A DNA stretch of 64,000 nt from Thermoplasmatota archaeon (GTDB lineage Archaea; Thermoplasmatota; E2; UBA202; JdFR-43), in assembly GCA_029259055.1 (NCBI GenBank), contig JAPDJP010000014.1, positions 5,935 through 69,934 on the forward strand, given 5' to 3'. Made by a program: the position numbers and the translations under genes. Below the pieces are notes generated by a model that was not told the DNA's origin, made no database searches, and worked only from the letters and a program-made list of their open reading frames with translations. Shown here piece after piece: positions 1-10,727 of this stretch. Every line of letters begins with the position of its first letter. Position 1 is the first letter of the stretch.

Positions 1-41
1 TTTTTGAGAAATATGGCATAAATGTTGATTTTAAATTCATT

Positions 42-782
42 TTGTCTTCTCTTCCCTTCATTTTGTATGGTGCGATTGCAAGAGTAATTGAGGATGCAAA
101 TATTATAACACCTCCCCTATCCTATTTTTTTATATCCCCTCTTATTTATGCGCAGGTAGGAATTCTTTTCTTTTTATCTTTGTTTTTAAAGAAAAGGTTT
201 GGAATCCTTTTGCTTATATTGAATCTTGTTCCTCTTTTCTTTTTGTCTTTTCTTGTTTCTTTCATTTTCGCAATCTCTTCTATCCTTTCATACTACATGT
301 ATAAAAAAAGCGAGAAGGACTATAATTCATCCATGTTTTTCCTGGGTATGCCGTTTTTCTCAACATCTATCATCATTTTGTTTATTCATGTTCTCCCAAC
401 ACACTACGAAATATTGATTGCTTTGTGTATTGCATTGGTAATTTCTTTCATAATCTACATAACGAAAACAATTTATAGTAATAAAATCAATTTATCTGTT
501 ATTTTTTCCCATATGCTCGATGCTTTTACTACATATTTTGCGGTCGTCAATCCATTAGGATTCAATATTGAATATGGAGAGAAGCACCCTTTACCAGATT
601 TTTTAATGAAAAATTTTTATGGAGTAGGATATCCCCTCCTTAAATTAGTTGTTGTAATGGGCATAATATATGCAATAGATGATTTGAAAAAGAATTTAAA
701 AAATACCATCAAATTCTTTATGTTTTTCTTGGGTTTGTCACCTGCAGTTAGAGATTTATTGAGAATAATGCTTGGAATCTAA
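42..782 (+). CDS. multi-pass integral membrane protein, function unknown
   Basis: Long ORF of strongly hydrophobic segments. No catalytic motif recognised. Listed start is a TTG. Confidence 0.4.
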   Translation: MSSLPFILYGAIARVIEDANIITPPLSYFFISPLIYAQVGILFFLSLFLKKRFGILLLILNLVPLFFLSFLVSFIFAISSILSYYMYKKSEKDYNSSMFFLGMPFFSTSIIILFIHVLPTHYEILIALCIALVISFIIYITKTIYSNKINLSVIFSHMLDAFTTYFAVVNPLGFNIEYGEKHPLPDFLMKNFYGVGYPLLKLVVVMGIIYAIDDLKKNLKNTIKFFMFFLGLSPAVRDLLRIMLGI

Positions 783-2365
783 TTTATAAGATGTTGCAGA
801 ATATATTCGTGCACTTTTTCATTAATTGCAATTAATGATATATGGTCTTCTTTCCCTTTTGGCCATGCAGCGCCTTCTAAAATGTATAGTGGCTTTCCTT
901 CCAAATATGGACTTTCAGTTGGGCAAAGACCATCTGAATAATGAGCTATTCCATCTCCATCAAAATCTTCCGGATAATCGCCTACTATGAAACCGATATC
1001 TCCTCCTATTCCATAATAATCAACTAAATCTGTTCCATTATAGCCCATTGCCCGCAAAAAAGGAGAATTATAAACCATATCTGGAACTTGCCCAATCCAC
1101 CATGGGAAGTAGGCGTATTTTATTATACTCCTCAATACACTTTCATTAATATTTGGAGGAACACCATGACAAGGAGTTCCAACTGCTATTAAGTCATCTA
1201 TTTGGTATGGCCCGATTGTAATATCAGGGTCGCCATCTCCATACCACGGCACGCCGGTACCATTCCATTCTTTATTCCAATAATCAACGTCCGCCATATA
1301 ATGCTCAGCCATAAATCTTGCAATCAGTCCTCCCATGCTGTGAGCTACTATATCAATAGTTTGGTTTGGAGGATATCCATTTAAAATCAAGGCTTCCCTT
1401 ATCTTCTCGCATACTTTAGCTGCAATCCATGGAATATGATGTTCTTTCCATTCGGGTTCATAAGTTAGCCATTGAATACCCGGCTTATTTACATCAAAAT
1501 CCAATACCTTAAAACCATTTTGTAACAATTTTTTTGTTAAATTCCACCATGTATAATTCAGTAAGGTATCTGCTATGCTTCCAGTCCATCCATGAATCAA
1601 AACAACTGGAAAATCTCCCGGTTTTTCTGGTTTAATAAATATGCTTTTGGTAGCAGTGCATCCTTTATAATCAATTTCTCCGGTTAGGTTTCTTTTAAAT
1701 TCAGCAATAACATTTATTGTCACATTTTTTTCAGCATTTGAGAAGAAAAATGGAATTTTTGTTTCACCATTGTAATCTGTTTTGCTATATTTTTCCATAA
1801 ATTTTTCTCCATTTATATAAAACTTCCAAACGATAGTTGCATTTTTTAAAGGATATGGTTTACCTAAATCAACAAATAAAGATGCTTTTAGAAAACAAGT
1901 TTCACCAGCAATCATTTTATTTTTGCTACTTTTCAATTTAATTGATGTATTGTACAGTTTCGGATATACAATCGCAACTGTTTTTGCATAATATGTTTTA
2001 CCATTTATTTTTGTACTTGCTGTTATGTTAACTACATGTTCCATTTCATCAACATCCTTTGGAGCGTAATAAACCGCTTTAAGTATGCCATTCTTATCTG
2101 TCATTGAAAAATTCTCAAAAACGAGCATTCCTTTATCATCTTTTGCTTCTACACTCCAATTTATTTTCTTAACACATGGTATGCCATTTACCTTTAGCTG
2201 TAAAATTATTTCTTGGGTTTTTCCCTCTTCAATACTAAATTTGTCGGGCTGTATATAAAAACTTACAGTAATTCCCTCTTTTTTTTCTTCTTTCTGCTCC
2301 GCTAAGATAAGTAAGGAAATCGAAACAATTAAAACTACGATTACTAAAACTTTCTTCAAATCCAT
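779..2365 (-). CDS. secreted alpha/beta-hydrolase (lipase/esterase-like) with N-terminal signal peptide
   Basis: N-terminal hydrophobic signal. C-terminal half has VVLIHGWTGS (oxyanion region) and AHSMGG nucleophile elbow (GxSxG) typical of lipase family. Confidence 0.6.
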   Translation of the reverse strand: MDLKKVLVIVVLIVSISLLILAEQKEEKKEGITVSFYIQPDKFSIEEGKTQEIILQLKVNGIPCVKKINWSVEAKDDKGMLVFENFSMTDKNGILKAVYYAPKDVDEMEHVVNITASTKINGKTYYAKTVAIVYPKLYNTSIKLKSSKNKMIAGETCFLKASLFVDLGKPYPLKNATIVWKFYINGEKFMEKYSKTDYNGETKIPFFFSNAEKNVTINVIAEFKRNLTGEIDYKGCTATKSIFIKPEKPGDFPVVLIHGWTGSIADTLLNYTWWNLTKKLLQNGFKVLDFDVNKPGIQWLTYEPEWKEHHIPWIAAKVCEKIREALILNGYPPNQTIDIVAHSMGGLIARFMAEHYMADVDYWNKEWNGTGVPWYGDGDPDITIGPYQIDDLIAVGTPCHGVPPNINESVLRSIIKYAYFPWWIGQVPDMVYNSPFLRAMGYNGTDLVDYYGIGGDIGFIVGDYPEDFDGDGIAHYSDGLCPTESPYLEGKPLYILEGAAWPKGKEDHISLIAINEKVHEYILQHLIN

Positions 2366-3750
2366 TTTATCCCCAATCTTTCTTGAAATCTAAGTTTTTC
2401 TCCTTCAATTTTTACAGGATATTCCCCAGTAACGCATCCCAAACACAAATTTTTCTTGTCTATACCAATTGCTTCAACGAGTCCATCAATGGAAATATAT
2501 GCCAATGAATCCGCATTTATTTTTTTTCTTACTTCTTCTATGCTTCTATTTGATGCTATCAGTTGGTCTCTCGTTGTCATATCTATACCAAAATAGCAAG
2601 GAGCAATAATTGGAGGAGAGCCAATTCTTACATGGACTTCTTTAGCCCCATGTGTTTTTAGAAGGTTAATAATTTTCTTTATAGTAGTTCCTCTGACTAT
2701 TGAATCATCCACCAAGACGATTCTATTCCCATTGACGATACTCTTTACAGGGTTTAGTTTTAATTGAACAAGCTTTTCCCTCAATTTTTGAGTAGGTAAA
2801 ATAAAAGTTCTTGCTATGTAACGATTTTTCATGAGTCCTTCTGCAAGTGGTATTCCAGAAGCTTTTGAAAACCCATACGCATGAGCCCTTCCCGAATCAG
2901 GAATTGGAATTACATAATCAGCATCAACAGGATGCTCCCTTGCAAGAATTTCTCCCAATTTTTCTCTTACTTTATAAACTTCTTTGTTATGAATAATAGA
3001 GTCAGCCCTTGCAAAATAAACATATTCAAAAAAACAGTGAGCTTTGTATTTTTCCTCCATAAGTTTATATGATTTATAGCCATCAGGAAAAATTTCGATT
3101 AATTCACCGGGCATTACATCTCTTACTAATTCTCCTCCTAAAGCATCTATTGCAACAGATTCCGATGCTATTATATATCCATCTTTAATTTTTCCTATAC
3201 AAAGAGGCTTTATTCCGAGAGCATCTCTAAGTCCGAAAACTCTGTTATTTAACATAAAAGTAAATGAATAAGAGCCCGCTAACTTTTTCATTAAAAGCTT
3301 AACCGCTTTTTCAAAACTTTTAAATTTTAAAAAATCCGCTAATAGATATATTACGACTTCTTCTTCATTACCATAAAAAAAAGTATGACCACTTTCCATT
3401 AATTCTTCCATCAATTGTTTCGAGTTTGTTATTATGCCATTATGGGCTATAGCAATGTCTCCAGCAGAAGTATGAAGTAGAGTGGGTTGCGCATTTTCTG
3501 GAGATGAAATTTTAATAGAATAGTATACATGCCCTATACCTATATTGCCCTTAATGTTACTTATATTTATACCTTTAAAAGCCTCATCAACTAATCCAAG
3601 ACCTTTGTAATTGTTTATTTTCCCTCCATTATAAATTGCCATTCCTGCCGCTTCTTGCCCCCGGTGCTGGAGAGCCATCAAAGCAATGTAAATGTTTTCT
3701 GCTACATTGTTATGAGATGCAATTGCTACAACTCCGCAATTTTCTCTCAT
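2356..3750 (-). CDS. purF: amidophosphoribosyltransferase
   Basis: N-terminal [10 protein letters not shown] (Ntn glutamine amidotransferase Cys after Met). PRTase domain. C-terminal Cys cluster. Length 464 aa. Confidence 0.85.
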   Translation of the reverse strand: MRENCGVVAIASHNNVAENIYIALMALQHRGQEAAGMAIYNGGKINNYKGLGLVDEAFKGINISNIKGNIGIGHVYYSIKISSPENAQPTLLHTSAGDIAIAHNGIITNSKQLMEELMESGHTFFYGNEEEVVIYLLADFLKFKSFEKAVKLLMKKLAGSYSFTFMLNNRVFGLRDALGIKPLCIGKIKDGYIIASESVAIDALGGELVRDVMPGELIEIFPDGYKSYKLMEEKYKAHCFFEYVYFARADSIIHNKEVYKVREKLGEILAREHPVDADYVIPIPDSGRAHAYGFSKASGIPLAEGLMKNRYIARTFILPTQKLREKLVQLKLNPVKSIVNGNRIVLVDDSIVRGTTIKKIINLLKTHGAKEVHVRIGSPPIIAPCYFGIDMTTRDQLIASNRSIEEVRKKINADSLAYISIDGLVEAIGIDKKNLCLGCVTGEYPVKIEGEKLRFQERLGIKWI

Positions 3751-3902
3751 TTTTTCCAGCTATAATTGCGGAGCCTTTTAGACCTTCCATATCCGCATGA
3801 TGCACAGTATTTTTTCCTTACATTGTATGCATGTTTTCCGCATCTTCTGCAAACAATATGTGTCTTCTTTCCCCCTTCTTTTGATGGCGTTCCCTTACTC
3901 AT
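3747..3902 (-). CDS. rpl37e: ribosomal protein L37e (not in ORF track)
   Basis: Manual translation of minus strand gives [51 protein letters not shown], the C4 zinc-ribbon L37e signature. Stop TGA overlaps purF ATG (ATGA). Confidence 0.8.
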   Translation of the reverse strand: MSKGTPSKEGGKKTHIVCRRCGKHAYNVRKKYCASCGYGRSKRLRNYSWKK

Positions 3903-3906
3903 TTTA

Positions 3907-4122
3907 TCACGGTAATATATATACTATATTATCTCCTCTAACTATAACTTTTTCTAAATTTCTTTTCTTTTCCCCCTCAATAAATTCCTCAGCATTTCTC
4001 AAAATCAAATTTAAATGAGGATGGTCATATCCCTCCAATATTCCCCTATATTCTCTACCTCCTCTTAATTGAACAAGAACTCTTTTTTCTAAGCTTGAAT
4101 GAATCACTTCAAGAGGTTTCAT
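3907..4122 (-). CDS. Sm-like archaeal protein (SmAP/LSm)
   Basis: [46 protein letters not shown]...RGDNIVYI matches Sm1/Sm2 motifs. Start moved to internal Met (72 aa). Upstream track extension unsupported. Confidence 0.8.
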   Translation of the reverse strand: MKPLEVIHSSLEKRVLVQLRGGREYRGILEGYDHPHLNLILRNAEEFIEGEKKRNLEKVIVRGDNIVYILP

Positions 4123-4219
4123 TGGTATTGAATTGCGTCCTATTATTAAAATTTTTGTATCAAGAGTTCCAATAATCTTTAAGAAATTTTTATATAGTTT
4201 TTTTACATCTTTCCACAAT

Positions 4220-5245
4220 ATGGTTGCAATTGTGAGTTATGGAGCGTATGTGCCCAAATATAGAATAAAAGTTGAAGAAATTGCAAGGGTATGGGGAAGA
4301 CAAGCAAAATCCATTTCTGCTGGCTTAAATGTTTTTGAAAAATCTGTTCCCTCTATTGATGAAGATACTGCCACCATAGCTGTTGAAGCTGCAAGAAAAG
4401 CCGTTGAGCATGGCGGAATAAATGCTAAAGAAATAGGAGCAATTTATGTTGGTTCAGAAAGTCATCCATATGCTGTCAAACCAACCGCAACCATTGTTGC
4501 GGAAGCAATAGGAGCAACCCCAGATTTAACCGCCGCTGATTATGAATTTGCCTGTAAAGCTGGAACAGCGGGAATGCAAAATTGTATTGCATTGGTTAAT
4601 TCAGGAATGATAAAATACGGGATGGCAATTGGTGTTGATGTTGCTCAAGCAGCTCCAGGAGATGCTTTGGAATATACAGCTGCTGCGGGAGGAGCAGCTT
4701 TTATAATAGGAAGGGAGGGAATAGCAGAAATAAATGAAACAGTTTCATTTACAACAGATACACCAGATTTTTGGAGAAGAGAAGGACAACCTTATCCGGG
4801 GCATGGAGAACGATTTACTGGGGAGCCCGCTTATTTCCGTCACATTATGAGTGCTGCAAAATTGTTAATGGAGAAAGTTGGGACAAAACCATCTGATTAT
4901 GATTATGCAGTTTTTCATCAACCAAATGGTAAATTTCCTGTTAGAGTTGCAAAAAAACTTGGATTTGATAAAAAACAAATTGAAGATGGTTTATTATGCC
5001 CAATTATTGGAAATACATATTCAGGCTCAACCATGCTGGGGCTAGTGGCAATTTTAGATATAGCTAAACCGGGGCAACGTATTTTGGCTGTTTCATACGG
5101 TTCAGGCGCTGGCTCTGATGCTTTTGATATTACTGTTACAGATAAAATTGAAGGATATGAAAGAATGAAATTAAAAGAAATGCTAAATAAAAAGGAATAT
5201 GTTGATTATGCGACTTACATGAAATTTAGAGGTGAATTTAGATGA
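4220..5245 (+). CDS. hydroxymethylglutaryl-CoA synthase (archaeal type)
   Basis: [16 protein letters not shown] start typical of archaeal HMGCS. Thiolase-fold with catalytic Cys region. Start moved to internal Met. Confidence 0.85.
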   Translation: MVAIVSYGAYVPKYRIKVEEIARVWGRQAKSISAGLNVFEKSVPSIDEDTATIAVEAARKAVEHGGINAKEIGAIYVGSESHPYAVKPTATIVAEAIGATPDLTAADYEFACKAGTAGMQNCIALVNSGMIKYGMAIGVDVAQAAPGDALEYTAAAGGAAFIIGREGIAEINETVSFTTDTPDFWRREGQPYPGHGERFTGEPAYFRHIMSAAKLLMEKVGTKPSDYDYAVFHQPNGKFPVRVAKKLGFDKKQIEDGLLCPIIGNTYSGSTMLGLVAILDIAKPGQRILAVSYGSGAGSDAFDITVTDKIEGYERMKLKEMLNKKEYVDYATYMKFRGEFR

Positions 5246-6408
5246 GGGAGGTTGCGATTATTGGGGTTGGAATGACGGAATTTGGAGAAATATGGCAAAA
5301 ATCTTTTAGAGATTTGGTTGCTGAAGCAGGTATAAAGGCAATTTTAGATGCTGGCATTGAAGGGGATGAAATAGATGCCATGTACATTGGAGGAATGTCA
5401 ACTGGTAGATTTATTGGACAGGAGCATGTTGGTTCATTAGCTTTAGAAGTAGCTGGACTGGAAGATTTGCACATTCCCTCTACACGCGTCGAGGCAGCAT
5501 GCGCATCTGGAGGAGTTGCTATGCATCAGGGCTATTTAGCGGTTGCATCAGGTATGTATGACATCGTTGTTGTTGGGGGAGCGGAAAAAATGACGGATGT
5601 TGTTGGAGGAGAAGCAACAAATATTCTTGCATCTGCCGCAGATAGAGAATGGGAGGCTTTCTTCGGAGCAACTTTTCCTGGCTTATATGCTTTGATGGCT
5701 CGTTATCACATGCATAAATATGGAACGACTCCAGAACAACTAGCGATGGTAGCGGTAAAAAATCATTATAATGGTAGTTTGAACCCAAAAGCTCAGTTCA
5801 AAAGAAAAATAACTGTTGAAGATGTTTTAAATTCTCCGATAGTGGCAGATCCTTTGCATTTACTCGATTGTAGCCCGATTACTGATGGTGCTGCTGCAGC
5901 TATTCTGGCACCGCTGGACATTGCAAAAAAATATACTGATAAAATTGTGAAAATAAAAGCATCTGTTCAAGCTTGCGATACACTTTCATTGCATGGAAGA
6001 AAAAGATTTGATTCTTTACCTGCAGCTGTTCATGCTGCAAAAAAAGCTTATGAGATAGCAGGTATTAAGCCAAAGGATATTGATTTGGCAGAAGTGCACG
6101 ATTGCTTTACAATAGCGGAAATTATTGCTATTGAAGATCTAGGATTTTTTGAAAAGGGAGAAGGAGGAAAAGCAACAGAGGAAGGATTGACAGCATTAGA
6201 TGGGGAAATACCAATAAATACTTCTGGCGGATTGAAAGCAAAAGGACATCCTGTTGGAGCTACGGGAGTTGCTCAGATAAATGAAATTGTTTTACAATTG
6301 AGGGGGGAAGCCGATAAAAGACAAGTTAAAGATGCGGAAATTGGCTTGGCCCATAACGTTGGAGGCTCAGGCGGAACATGTGTTATTCATATTTTGGAGG
6401 CGGTTTAA
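5242..6408 (+). CDS. acetyl-CoA C-acetyltransferase (archaeal thiolase)
   Basis: [17 protein letters not shown]-terminus. Thiolase motifs. ATGA overlap with HMGCS stop. Confidence 0.85.
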   Translation: MREVAIIGVGMTEFGEIWQKSFRDLVAEAGIKAILDAGIEGDEIDAMYIGGMSTGRFIGQEHVGSLALEVAGLEDLHIPSTRVEAACASGGVAMHQGYLAVASGMYDIVVVGGAEKMTDVVGGEATNILASAADREWEAFFGATFPGLYALMARYHMHKYGTTPEQLAMVAVKNHYNGSLNPKAQFKRKITVEDVLNSPIVADPLHLLDCSPITDGAAAAILAPLDIAKKYTDKIVKIKASVQACDTLSLHGRKRFDSLPAAVHAAKKAYEIAGIKPKDIDLAEVHDCFTIAEIIAIEDLGFFEKGEGGKATEEGLTALDGEIPINTSGGLKAKGHPVGATGVAQINEIVLQLRGEADKRQVKDAEIGLAHNVGGSGGTCVIHILEAV

Positions 6409-6807
6409 ATGGGAGTTGCAAGATATTGGAGGGAAATACCTGCGAGATATAATTTGATTGGGAAAAAATGCCAGGTATGCGGGAAAATTTATTTTCCTCC
6501 CCGCAGTATTTGCCCTACTTGCAGAAGAAAATCCATAGGTAAGATGGAAGATTATAAATTAAGCGGGAAGGGAACAGTTGAGAGCTATACAATAATATAT
6601 ACACCTCCACCAGAGTTTAGTGATAAAGTACCATATGCAATTGCTTTAATAAGAATGGACGAAGGATGCTATTTAACTGGGCAGATTGTTGATTGTGATT
6701 TGGAGGAAATACACATTGGAATGAGGGTAAAGGCATGCTTTAGAAGAATACAGGAAGATGGCAAGAGGGGAGCAATATATTATGGCTATAAATTTAGGAA
6801 GGTATAA
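6409..6807 (+). CDS. DUF35 OB-fold/zinc-ribbon protein (thiolase-HMGCS scaffold subunit)
   Basis: CQVCGKIYFPPRSICPTC zinc ribbon plus OB-fold. Immediately downstream of thiolase as in the known archaeal three-gene operon. Confidence 0.8.
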   Translation: MGVARYWREIPARYNLIGKKCQVCGKIYFPPRSICPTCRRKSIGKMEDYKLSGKGTVESYTIIYTPPPEFSDKVPYAIALIRMDEGCYLTGQIVDCDLEEIHIGMRVKACFRRIQEDGKRGAIYYGYKFRKV

Positions 6808-6862
6808 CTAATAACAAAAACTTTAACAAAAACTTTATATACAAAGGAAGAAAAATAATATT

Positions 6863-7237
6863 ATGATTATAACGCTTGAAGATTTAGCAATGGCGATAGC
6901 TGCGAGAGTAGATATAGATATGGAATCAGCTATAAAAGATGCAAATTTTGTTATGGATTTGTTTGGTTTTGAGGATAGAATAATAGATAATATTTTGGAG
7001 CCCGAAGACCGACAATTATTTTATATTTTGGAAGAGGAAGGAATGCTTTTAACTGAAAGAGAAGAAACAACAATATATGATGGAAGAAGTTGGAGGACGC
7101 ATTATTGGGTTTTAAACAAGGAAACCATATTAAAATATAAGGAGGAAGGGAAAAGAAAGGAGGAAAGGAAAAAAGAAATTGAAGATGCTACAGAAGTTTA
7201 TAAGGAAATACCAGATGAATTATGGTTCAGCAGATGA
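6863..7237 (+). CDS. acidic hypothetical protein
   Basis: 124-aa ORF, Glu/Lys-rich C-terminus, no recognised motif. Confidence 0.3.
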   Translation: MIITLEDLAMAIAARVDIDMESAIKDANFVMDLFGFEDRIIDNILEPEDRQLFYILEEEGMLLTEREETTIYDGRSWRTHYWVLNKETILKYKEEGKRKEERKKEIEDATEVYKEIPDELWFSR

Positions 7238-7615
7238 TTCCTTCTTGCTCAAGATATCTTTAACAATTTCTCTAAAACCATCAAAACCCACAGGGCGAGC
7301 AATAACGCCCTTTGCGCCCGCCTTTTCCAATTCTTTTGCCCATCTTGTGCCAAAGTATGCTGTAAATCCATAAACTCTTGCTTTTGGGTCGATTTTTAAA
7401 ATTCTTTTTGTTGCTTCTACACCATCTATGCCCGGTAATTTTAAATCCATAATTACCAAATCTGGTCTCTTTCCTTTCTCCAAAAGCTCTTTATATTTTT
7501 CAACACCTTCTTCTCCACTATAGGCTTGATATATTTCAATTTTTAATGGTGATAAATATTCCTTTATTAATTCTTGAATAGGTTCTTCATCTTCAACAAC
7601 TAACATAATTGGCAT
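7220..7615 (-). CDS. stand-alone response-regulator receiver (CheY-like) protein
   Basis: MLVVEDEEPI ... DLVIMDLKLPGIDG ... phospho-acceptor Asp context and conserved Lys region. 131 aa. Confidence 0.7.
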   Translation of the reverse strand: MPIMLVVEDEEPIQELIKEYLSPLKIEIYQAYSGEEGVEKYKELLEKGKRPDLVIMDLKLPGIDGVEATKRILKIDPKARVYGFTAYFGTRWAKELEKAGAKGVIARPVGFDGFREIVKDILSKKESSAEP

Positions 7616-7661
7616 TATTGAAAAAACACTATTTATATATAAAACTATTTTATTTGCCTTA

Positions 7662-8876
7662 ATGTTAAAGGACTTGCAGGAAATAGCAAGAAAAATTGCA
7701 GAATATAAGCTATGTGATGCATGCTTAGGGAGACAATTTGCAAAGGTGGAGCATGGATTAACAAATGTGGAGAGGGGAAGAAAGATAAGGCAAATTTTAA
7801 ATTTGGATAGAGTGGACTATAAGGATTGTTGGTTATGTGAAGGTTTAATGGGGGAAATTGAAAAATTTGCTGAATTAGTAGTAGAAGAGCTTAAGGAATA
7901 TGATTTTAAAACATTTCTTATAGGTTGCAAGGTTGACGAAGAAATTTTAATGAAAGAAAGGAGAATCGAAACAGAATATAGCGAGTCTATAAAAAGAGAA
8001 TTAAATAGGGAAATAGGTAAAATTGTTTCAAAGAAACTTAATAAACCAGCAGATTTCAAGTCCCCAGATATTGTTGCAATAGTTAACACAATTTATGATT
8101 TTGTTGAGCTGGACATAAGACCTATCTTTATTTATGGAAGATATAAAAAATTAAAAAGAGGAATTCCCCAAACAAAATGGTATTGTAGAAAATGTAGAGG
8201 GAGAGGTTGCGAATATTGTAATTATAAAGGAAAAATGTATGAAGAAAGTGTTGAAGAACTTATTTCAAAAAAAGCTTTAGAAATGTTTGATGCGAAAGAT
8301 GAGGAATTCCATGGGGCTGGTAGGGAAGATATTGATGTTTTAATGCTCGGAAATGGTCGCCCATTTATTTTAGAAATAAAAGAACCAAGAAAAAGAAATA
8401 TAAAGCTTGATGAATTGCAAAAATTAATAAATGAATATGCAAAAGGAAAAGTAGAAGTAAGTGATTTAAGATATGCTAGTAGGCACGAAATAGAAAAAAT
8501 TAAATCTGCAAAATATCCGAAAATCTATAGGGTTAAAATAAGATTTGAAGAAAATGGAAAAATTAATGAAGCAGTAAATGCATTAAGGGGTAAAATAATT
8601 AGTCAAAGAACCCCAAAAAGGGTTGCACATAGAAGAGTAGATAAGATTAGATATAAAAAGATATTAGACATATATGTTGAGGATTTAAAGATGAACGAAG
8701 CAACGATAATAGTGAAGGCGGAAGCTGGGACATATATAAAAGAGTTAGTTACTGGAGATGATGGAAGAACGACGCCCTCCCTGAGCGAGCTGGCGGGCGT
8801 AAAATTAGAAGTTGAAAGTTTGGATGTAATAGGTATTGAAGAAGGTGATGAAAATGAAAAGGTCGAGGGGGTTTAG
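7662..8876 (+). CDS. pus10: tRNA pseudouridine synthase Pus10
   Basis: N-terminal CxxC...CxxC zinc-binding/THUMP-like region. C-terminal catalytic core with DIDVLMLGNGRPFILEI. Length about 400 aa typical of archaeal Pus10. Confidence 0.65.
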   Translation: MLKDLQEIARKIAEYKLCDACLGRQFAKVEHGLTNVERGRKIRQILNLDRVDYKDCWLCEGLMGEIEKFAELVVEELKEYDFKTFLIGCKVDEEILMKERRIETEYSESIKRELNREIGKIVSKKLNKPADFKSPDIVAIVNTIYDFVELDIRPIFIYGRYKKLKRGIPQTKWYCRKCRGRGCEYCNYKGKMYEESVEELISKKALEMFDAKDEEFHGAGREDIDVLMLGNGRPFILEIKEPRKRNIKLDELQKLINEYAKGKVEVSDLRYASRHEIEKIKSAKYPKIYRVKIRFEENGKINEAVNALRGKIISQRTPKRVAHRRVDKIRYKKILDIYVEDLKMNEATIIVKAEAGTYIKELVTGDDGRTTPSLSELAGVKLEVESLDVIGIEEGDENEKVEGV

Positions 8877-9141
8877 GAGTAAGAGTAGAAAAAAATTGAC
8901 GAAGAAATATAGAAAAGGAATGAGTAATATAATAACGAGAGCTATGCAAAAATTTGAAGAGGGGGAAAAAGTCGCCATTGTTATAGACCCATCTTTTCAT
9001 TATGGAATGCCACATCCTCGCTTTCACGGTAGAACAGGAGATGTTGTTGGAAAACAAGGGAGAGCATATATAGTAAAGATTAGGGATGGTAGAAAAATTA
9101 AGCATATAATTGCATTTCCCGAACATTTAAGGAAGGTATAA
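8854..9141 (+). CDS. rpl21e: ribosomal protein L21e
   Basis: MKRSRGFRSKSRKKL...HGRTGDVVG...YIVKI matches L21e. Start chosen at MKRSRGF. Track start 8836 overlaps Pus10. Confidence 0.8.
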   Translation: MKRSRGFRSKSRKKLTKKYRKGMSNIITRAMQKFEEGEKVAIVIDPSFHYGMPHPRFHGRTGDVVGKQGRAYIVKIRDGRKIKHIIAFPEHLRKV

Positions 9142-9142
9142 A

Positions 9143-9454
9143 ATGAAAATTGTGCTCATTTCGGAAGTTAAAGAAATGCTACAAAAATTGAGTAAAGAGA
9201 GAGAGTTGAATAGGGAGCAGAGGATAGCATTGGATCATAGTGAGAGGGTTGCAAAGCTATCTGCGAAAAAAGCGAGGGAACTTGTGAGTAAATTAATGGA
9301 AATAGGAAGGATAAATGAAAAACAAGCTTGCAAAATAGCAGATTTATTACCAAAGGATAAGGAAGAAGTTGTTGCGATTTTTGCAAAAGAAACATATATG
9401 CCATCTGATAAGGAAATTGAGGAAATTTTAGAACTTATAAATCAATATATTTAG
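9143..9454 (+). CDS. rpoF: DNA-directed RNA polymerase subunit Rpo4/F
   Basis: C-terminal KIADLLPKD...EIEEILELINQYI closely resembles archaeal RpoF. Position after rpl21e is the conserved archaeal arrangement. Confidence 0.7.
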   Translation: MKIVLISEVKEMLQKLSKERELNREQRIALDHSERVAKLSAKKARELVSKLMEIGRINEKQACKIADLLPKDKEEVVAIFAKETYMPSDKEIEEILELINQYI

Positions 9455-9462
9455 GAGGCATA

Positions 9463-10014
9463 ATGGAGGATTATGTATATATTTTAGATTATTTACCCAC
9501 GGGGAGACCAGGTTACAGGAGAGGACCTTTAGCTTATGGAATAGGAGAAAAACAATTTACCCTATTGGAATTAATACCAAAACCAAATGTTACCCTGTCT
9601 ATTGGTGAAAAGGTATATGTTGGAAAAGATTTAGAAAAAAGAGATAAAATCGCAAAAGTAAAAGGTAGGGTGAATTATGAGGATTTAACATCTACAGCAC
9701 ATGGAGAGATTTTTTATGTTTTATTGGATATAATAAAGAATAATGAAGAAAGATTTGTTAAATTTTTTAATGAATGTCCTCCCATAACAACAAGATTTCA
9801 TGCTTTGGAATTGTTACCTGGTTTAGGAAAGAAAACAATGCTAGAAATTTTAGATGAAAGAAAAAAAGCTCCATTTAAAAGTTTTGAAGATATAAAAAAT
9901 AGAGTGAAAACAATACATAGCCCAGAAAAAATAATAGCAAAAAGAATAATAGAGGAACTAGAGAATCCTAACGAGAAATATAGGCTATTTACTCGTCCTC
10001 CCTTAAGGAGATGA
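9463..10014 (+). CDS. DUF655 family protein (conserved archaeal, follows rpoF)
   Basis: MEDYVYILDYLPTGRPGY N-terminus and conserved position between rpoF and ksgA. Confidence 0.55.
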   Translation: MEDYVYILDYLPTGRPGYRRGPLAYGIGEKQFTLLELIPKPNVTLSIGEKVYVGKDLEKRDKIAKVKGRVNYEDLTSTAHGEIFYVLLDIIKNNEERFVKFFNECPPITTRFHALELLPGLGKKTMLEILDERKKAPFKSFEDIKNRVKTIHSPEKIIAKRIIEELENPNEKYRLFTRPPLRR

Positions 10015-10727
10015 AATATAGCCAGCATTTTTTAATTGATGAAAGAGTTGCAAATCGTCAAATAGAGTATGCGAATTTAAATGAAAATGATGTTGTTTTA
10101 GAAATTGGAGCTGGAAACGGAATACTTACTAAGAGGATTGCAAAAATTGCAAAAGTTATTGCTATCGAAATTGATAGAAAATTTATTGAAAAATTGAAAA
10201 AAATAAGGAATGTTGAAGTAATTCATGGTGATGCTTTAAAAATTGATTTTAATGAATTGGAATTTAACAAAGTAATTTCAAATTTACCATATCATATTTC
10301 TTCTCCTATTACTTTTAAATTGTTACAAAAAAAATTTGATTTAGGAATTTTAATGTACCAGAAAGAATTTGCGGAAAGATTGGTTGCAAAGCCAGGAAGT
10401 AAGGAATATTCAAGACTCTCAGTAATGGTATATTATAAGGCAGATTGCGAAATTCTCGAATATGTGCCAAAGAAAGCTTTTTATCCAGTACCAAAGGTTG
10501 ATTCATGCATTGTAAAAATTATTCCAATTGGTAAAAGATTTGATGTTAACGAAAAAATATTTGAGAAAGTTGTTAAGATTTTATTTTCTCATAGAAGAAA
10601 AAAAATAAAGAATGCTTTAAAATTACATGGTATAGATAAAGAAGTTCCATACGGGGATAGGAGGGTTGAAGAAATTGAACCAGAAAAAATTGTGGAAATA
10701 TGCAAGGCATTGGAAGAAAATCTTTGA
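10011..10727 (+). CDS. rsmA: 16S rRNA (adenine1518/1519-N6) dimethyltransferase KsgA/Dim1
   Basis: QHFLID...VLEIGAGNGILT SAM motif I and NLPY motif IV. ATGA overlap with upstream gene. Confidence 0.85.
   Translation: MKYSQHFLIDERVANRQIEYANLNENDVVLEIGAGNGILTKRIAKIAKVIAIEIDRKFIEKLKKIRNVEVIHGDALKIDFNELEFNKVISNLPYHISSPITFKLLQKKFDLGILMYQKEFAERLVAKPGSKEYSRLSVMVYYKADCEILEYVPKKAFYPVPKVDSCIVKIIPIGKRFDVNEKIFEKVVKILFSHRRKKIKNALKLHGIDKEVPYGDRRVEEIEPEKIVEICKALEENL

Noticed and set aside
3797-4018. Plus-strand 73-aa ORF from the track
   Set aside because: The region encodes L37e and the Sm gene on the minus strand. The plus-strand ORF has no motif and a low-complexity composition.
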